NCBI GenBank assembly: GCA_040905465.1
Contig: JBBDRK010000060.1
Location: 1 to 11,318 of the forward strand
Origin: Trueperaceae bacterium
GTDB taxonomy: Bacteria; Deinococcota; Deinococci; Deinococcales; Trueperaceae
Direction of reading: 5' to 3'
Length of the DNA stretch: 11,318 nt
Under the pieces are notes generated by a model, which made no database searches, was not told the origin of the DNA, and saw nothing but the letters and a program-made list of their open reading frames with translations. A program made the translations under genes and the position numbers. Below, piece by piece: positions 7,634-11,318 of the stretch (position 1 is its first letter; every line of letters starts with the position of its first letter).

Positions 7634-8956
7634 ATGGCAGCCTTAAACCGAACGATCGCATTCGCGATGGTGGTCCTGTTGGCCATCGTTGGTGCCGTAA
7701 TGGCTCAGGACGACAACGATCAGGAACAACAGGACCAGGAGCAACAGGCAGAAACGCGGATGGTGGGCGGCGAGGAGTTCGTGCCCGTGGGCGAGGCGCG
7801 CGTGGGCGAGCCCGCGCCGTTCGATACCGAGAACGAACAGGTGGATGTCGAGGTCGAAACAGGCGCCATCGTCTTCACCGGCTCGACGCCCGACGACCAG
7901 CACCCGAACATAGACCTGGTCGGGCCCGATGACTACTTCAACCACTTCGAGATCGACGATGAGGCCGATGCGGAGCGGGTGATCGATAACCTGCTCCCCG
8001 GGGTCTACTCGGTAGCGGCCACCGACAACGGACTGCAACTCGTGCACACCCTCGTCGAAGTGGTGGCCGGTCAGGCGGTACGTGTCGACCTGGGGCTCGA
8101 TCAGGCCGTTACCGATTTCGTTCCGGGCAGGTTCGCCAACAGGGGCGCCCGCACCGCCTTCCCGGCTGACGGCTTCCGGGCGGGGGACCCGAGGACCATC
8201 GACAACGCCGAATTCGGCGGGGTTGCGGTCGAGACGGACAACGAGGACGCCCGCTTCGTCATCACCGGCCCGGACGCCTACTCGCGCGAGTTCACTGGCG
8301 CCTTCGACGTAAACGACCTTATGCCGGGGGTGTATGTCATCGCCGGCACTGCCGATGGAAGCCAGATCACCACCAGCGCAGTCGAGGTCGAGGTGTCCAG
8401 GGCCACCACGATGGTTCCGGCGTTCACGACCGTAGCGGAGACCGACGAGGTGGACGGTGACGTCGCCGGCGGCGGCGAGGCCGAAGAGGGACAGGACCAG
8501 ACCGACGGCGAGCAGCCTGCTGACGAGGAGGAGCAGCCCGAAGGTGAGGCACAGGAGGAGCCGGTAGAGGATACCGAGGAGCCGGCCGAGCCCGAAAATG
8601 GTGAAGAGGGAGCCGCTGGTGACGAAGCGGAGGCTGAGCAGGACGAGATCGCCGGCGGCGGCGAGGCCCAGCAGACCGTCAGGGTTTCGCTGGTAGACGG
8701 CGCGATCGATATGCCCAGCGAGATCCCGGCGGGAACAGTCACCTTCGAGGTGACCAACGACGGCACGATCGTTCACAACTTCGAGATCGAAGGCCAGGGA
8801 GTCGAGGAGACGTTCTCCCAGGATCTGCAGCCGGGCGACTCCAACACCATGACGGTCGACCTGGAGGCGGGCGAGTACTACGTCTACTGTCCGGTCGACG
8901 ATCATGAGGAGCAGGGCATGGCCATGGACCTGCAGGTTACCGACGAACAGCAGTAA
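7634..8956 (+). CDS. P2: secreted acidic P1 paralog fused to a C-terminal cupredoxin (plastocyanin/azurin-like) domain, 440 aa
   Basis: ATG 7634 after AGGGGGGA; signal peptide ending VMA/Q; shares ETGAIVFT, DQHPNIDLVGP, LLPGVYS and EFTGAF with P1; type-1 Cu ligands HNF...YCPVDDHEEQGM (C-x4-H-x4-M). Confidence 0.88.
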   Translation: MAALNRTIAFAMVVLLAIVGAVMAQDDNDQEQQDQEQQAETRMVGGEEFVPVGEARVGEPAPFDTENEQVDVEVETGAIVFTGSTPDDQHPNIDLVGPDDYFNHFEIDDEADAERVIDNLLPGVYSVAATDNGLQLVHTLVEVVAGQAVRVDLGLDQAVTDFVPGRFANRGARTAFPADGFRAGDPRTIDNAEFGGVAVETDNEDARFVITGPDAYSREFTGAFDVNDLMPGVYVIAGTADGSQITTSAVEVEVSRATTMVPAFTTVAETDEVDGDVAGGGEAEEGQDQTDGEQPADEEEQPEGEAQEEPVEDTEEPAEPENGEEGAAGDEAEAEQDEIAGGGEAQQTVRVSLVDGAIDMPSEIPAGTVTFEVTNDGTIVHNFEIEGQGVEETFSQDLQPGDSNTMTVDLEAGEYYVYCPVDDHEEQGMAMDLQVTDEQQ

Positions 8957-8972
8957 ACCGACGGCCGACATT

Positions 8973-9015
8973 AGCGAGTGGGGGACCGAATCTCGGTCCC
9001 CCACTCGCTTTCGTT
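8973..9015 (+). terminator. Intrinsic terminator after P2
   Basis: Perfect 17-bp stem (8973-8989 / 8993-9009), 3-nt loop, followed by TTCGTT. Confidence 0.85.
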
Positions 9016-9085
9016 CGGAGCCGTTGCGGAGCCCGGCTCACGTGGTCGGGGCGTTCTTTCCGCCACCTTCGGTGCTGGCGGGGGC

Positions 9086-9094
9086 TGGTAAACT
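9086..9094 (+). promoter_or_regulatory. Extended -10 promoter (TGG-TAAACT)
   Basis: TGn-TAAACT lies 6 nt before GTG ATG at 9101, downstream of the P2 terminator and upstream of ctaG. Confidence 0.5.
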
Positions 9095-9150
9095 TCGGCC
9101 GTGATGAAGTCGCCTCGTCTTGCCTCCAGCGCCGAAGCACTCCCACCACG

Positions 9151-9951
9151 GTGAGGCTGGGCTGGGAACTCGATCCGGTACTGATCGGCACCCTGTTGAC
9201 GCTCGGCCTGGTCTACGGCCTGATGGCCGGACCATTGCGGGCCAGGCTCGGTAGGGACCTGAAGCTGCCACGGCGCCAAGCACTGATGTTCTCGGCCGGC
9301 CTGCTGGTCGCCTTTCTGACCGAGGCCTCGCCGTTGCACGAGCTGTCCGACCGCTACCTGCTGAGCGCCCACATGGTGCAGCATCTGCTGCTCAGTTACG
9401 TGGTAGCACCGCTGCTGCTGGCCGGCACACCGGGTTGGATGGCCCGCCCGCTGGTCGCCAATCGGATCGTCCTGCCGGCGTTCAGGGCGCTCGTCCATCC
9501 GCTGACAGCGTTCGCGGTTTTCAGCCTGGCCATTTCGCTCTGGCATCTGCCGATGGTGTACGAGGCGGCCCTGGGCAACCCGGTCATCCACCACCTGCAG
9601 CACCTCATCTTCTTGGCCCTTGCGCTGATCGTATGGTGGCCGCTGATGAGCCCGCTGGCTGAACTGCCGCGCCTGGGCTTCGGTCAGCAGGTGTTCTATC
9701 TGGTTGCCCTTCCGCTCGGACAGTTCTTCGTGGCCGCCATCCTCACATTCGCGCCCGAAGCGTTCTACCAGACCTATCAGGAAGCGCCGCGCATCCTGCC
9801 GATGTCGCCGGCTGCCGATCAGCAACTCGGTGGTGTGGTCATGAAGATCGTCAGCTTCATAGCCTTCGGGGTTCCACTCGTGGTGGCCTTCCTGCGCTGG
9901 TCGGCGGCAGACCGGCCGCGGGCGGCCGGAGCGGGTGGCGGGGCCCGCTAG
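9151..9951 (+). CDS. ctaG: Cytochrome c oxidase assembly protein, Caa3_CtaG family, 266 aa
   Basis: SPLHELSDRYLLSAHMVQHLLL...APLLLAGTP, LWHLP, HHLQH, WWPLMSP and DQQLGGVVMK motifs; polytopic membrane profile. GTG start has no SD. Confidence 0.9.
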   Translation: MRLGWELDPVLIGTLLTLGLVYGLMAGPLRARLGRDLKLPRRQALMFSAGLLVAFLTEASPLHELSDRYLLSAHMVQHLLLSYVVAPLLLAGTPGWMARPLVANRIVLPAFRALVHPLTAFAVFSLAISLWHLPMVYEAALGNPVIHHLQHLIFLALALIVWWPLMSPLAELPRLGFGQQVFYLVALPLGQFFVAAILTFAPEAFYQTYQEAPRILPMSPAADQQLGGVVMKIVSFIAFGVPLVVAFLRWSAADRPRAAGAGGGAR

Positions 9952-9962
9952 CTGCCGCCGGC

Positions 9963-10280
9963 TCAGTCCTCCGGTGGAACGTTGTCGGCGTCCTCGGAAT
10001 CCTCCCCCTCGGCCTGTCCTGGCCGGCGACGGCGAAGCGGATCAGTTCCCCGGTTCCTTCGGTCGCGCTCGCGCGCGGCGTCTTCGTCCTCTCCCTCGGC
10101 CTGGCCGGGGGTGCGCGCCGGGGGTGGGACTCGTTCCTCCTCGTCTTCGAGCCACAGCGACTCCGGCCACACCACCTTCGGCCACACCGGGTGGGACCTC
10201 AGCGCCTCGGTCCAAGCCGCCTCGGGCCACGGCGCCCCAAACCGAGGCGTCGGCGTGCTGCTGGCGGGAGCGTCCCTCAT
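9963..10280 (-). CDS. Small hypothetical protein with a Trp-periodic segment and two PGQAEGED repeats, 105 aa
   Basis: AAAGGGGGA SD before the ATG; fits between the ctaG and fasciclin genes without overlap; the two repeats differ at synonymous positions. Confidence 0.7.
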   Translation of the reverse strand: MRDAPASSTPTPRFGAPWPEAAWTEALRSHPVWPKVVWPESLWLEDEEERVPPPARTPGQAEGEDEDAARERDRRNRGTDPLRRRRPGQAEGEDSEDADNVPPED

Positions 10281-10433
10281 ATCGTTCCCCCTTTCGGCCT
10301 GCTTCCTGTGCGTCGAAATCGGCCGCCTCGGCCGTAGTCGGGCTTTCGCGCCCCGACCAGGTCGCTGAGGCGGCCGCTGGTCATCGTTGCAGAGCCGCTC
10401 GAAACCCTGCCACCTGCTCGACGTGCCCGACGG

Positions 10434-11318
10434 TTACTGGGCCGCCTCGTCCTCCTCTTCCGGCATTGGCGGCAGCAAGACCGCGTCGACCACGTGAATG
10501 GTCGTATCGCCGGCGCTCAGGTCCGACTCGACGACTTGGGCGTCGCCAACGTAGATGATTCCGGGAACCGCCCGCACCGTTTCGGCGGTGGCCGCGCCTG
10601 CGTCGTCAGCCGCGCCGCCACCGGCTACTTCCGTGGCATCGGCGGCGTCCGTGCCTTCGGCCGCCGCATCGGCCGCGGGCGTCATGGCGGCAACGCGGTC
10701 GGTGGCGCTCAGCCGGCCGATTTCGATGTCCTCCCCCGCCCGAGTGCTCACCCGCACGAAGGCGTTGGGATCGAGGAGAGCGGCTTCCGTCGCCTCATCT
10801 GCTGCGGTCTCTGCTCCGACTTCGGCGTCGCCACCGACAGCCTCGGTTTCCGGAGCCGCAGCGACCTCCATGTCACCGGCTCCGCCGCCCGCCACGGCAC
10901 CCTCGGCAGACAGCCGGTCGTCGAGATCGGCGGAGGAGAGGGTCTCCGTGGCAATGTGACGTTCGAGAACTCGCCGCAGCTCGTCCGGGTCGTCCACCAG
11001 CGTCGAGAACTGCAGCCGGTCCATCTTGGCGAACGCCGAGTCGCTCGGTGCGAATATCGTGATCGGGCGATCTCCCTCCAGCAAGGTCTCGCTCATTCCC
11101 GCCTGCGCGAGCAGCATCAGGAAGATCGACATGTCCTCACGCGCGGCGAGAAACTCCGTAACCTCGTTGGGCTGAGTCGCAGCAGCGTGCTCCTCGGCCA
11201 TGAACGCCTCGAAGGCCGCTTCGGTCTCGGCCTCGTCGCCGAGCTCACCGTCGACCGCCGCGGATTCCATTGCAGCGGCGTCTGTCTCGGCCGTGTCGGT
11301 GTCAACGGTGTCGGTGTC
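10434..11318 (-). CDS. Fasciclin (FAS1) domain protein, acidic, 5'-partial
   Basis: H1 TIFAPSDSAF, central RHI, H2 IHVVDAVLLP. The frame stays open from ATG 11270 to the window edge (DTDTVDTDTAETDAAA), so the true start is probably outside the window. Confidence 0.9.
   Translation of the reverse strand, partial: DTDTVDTDTAETDAAAMESAAVDGELGDEAETEAAFEAFMAEEHAAATQPNEVTEFLAAREDMSIFLMLLAQAGMSETLLEGDRPITIFAPSDSAFAKMDRLQFSTLVDDPDELRRVLERHIATETLSSADLDDRLSAEGAVAGGGAGDMEVAAAPETEAVGGDAEVGAETAADEATEAALLDPNAFVRVSTRAGEDIEIGRLSATDRVAAMTPAADAAAEGTDAADATEVAGGGAADDAGAATAETVRAVPGIIYVGDAQVVESDLSAGDTTIHVVDAVLLPPMPEEEDEAAQ

Noticed and set aside
10277-10384. 35-aa minus-strand ORF ending in an ATGA overlap with the 105-aa gene
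   Set aside because: No SD or promoter support, the downstream gene has its own SD, and any ATGA start creates such a stop by chance.

Overview
GC-rich bacterial window with no rRNA, tRNA, CRISPR array or mobile element. A Deinococcota/Trueperaceae-like host is only a guess from protein style. Genes, left to right: Zn-dependent MDR dehydrogenase (-); FRG-domain protein and YdaD/YhdF-like stress SDR (-, probable operon); divergent RecQ-family helicase with a PcrA-CTD-like tail (+); secreted acidic protein P1 (+); YihY/BrkB membrane protein (+); P1 paralog P2 with a C-terminal type-1 copper cupredoxin domain (+); CtaG-type cytochrome c oxidase assembly protein (+); a small Trp/PGQAEGED-repeat protein (-); and a 5'-truncated acidic fasciclin protein (-). 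The best novelty candidate is an unannotated ~315-nt minus-strand transcription unit (~1483 to 1167) with its own sigma70-like promoter, paired 5'/3' ends, G-U-rich hairpins and a strong terminator, and without SRP, RNase P or tmRNA signatures. Other points of interest are an 18-bp upstream motif shared by P1 and P2, a recurring [VI]AGGG[EA] peptide in three acidic, Lys-depleted proteins, a FAS1 domain split by two acidic inserts, and a putative leaderless uORF coupled to ctaG.
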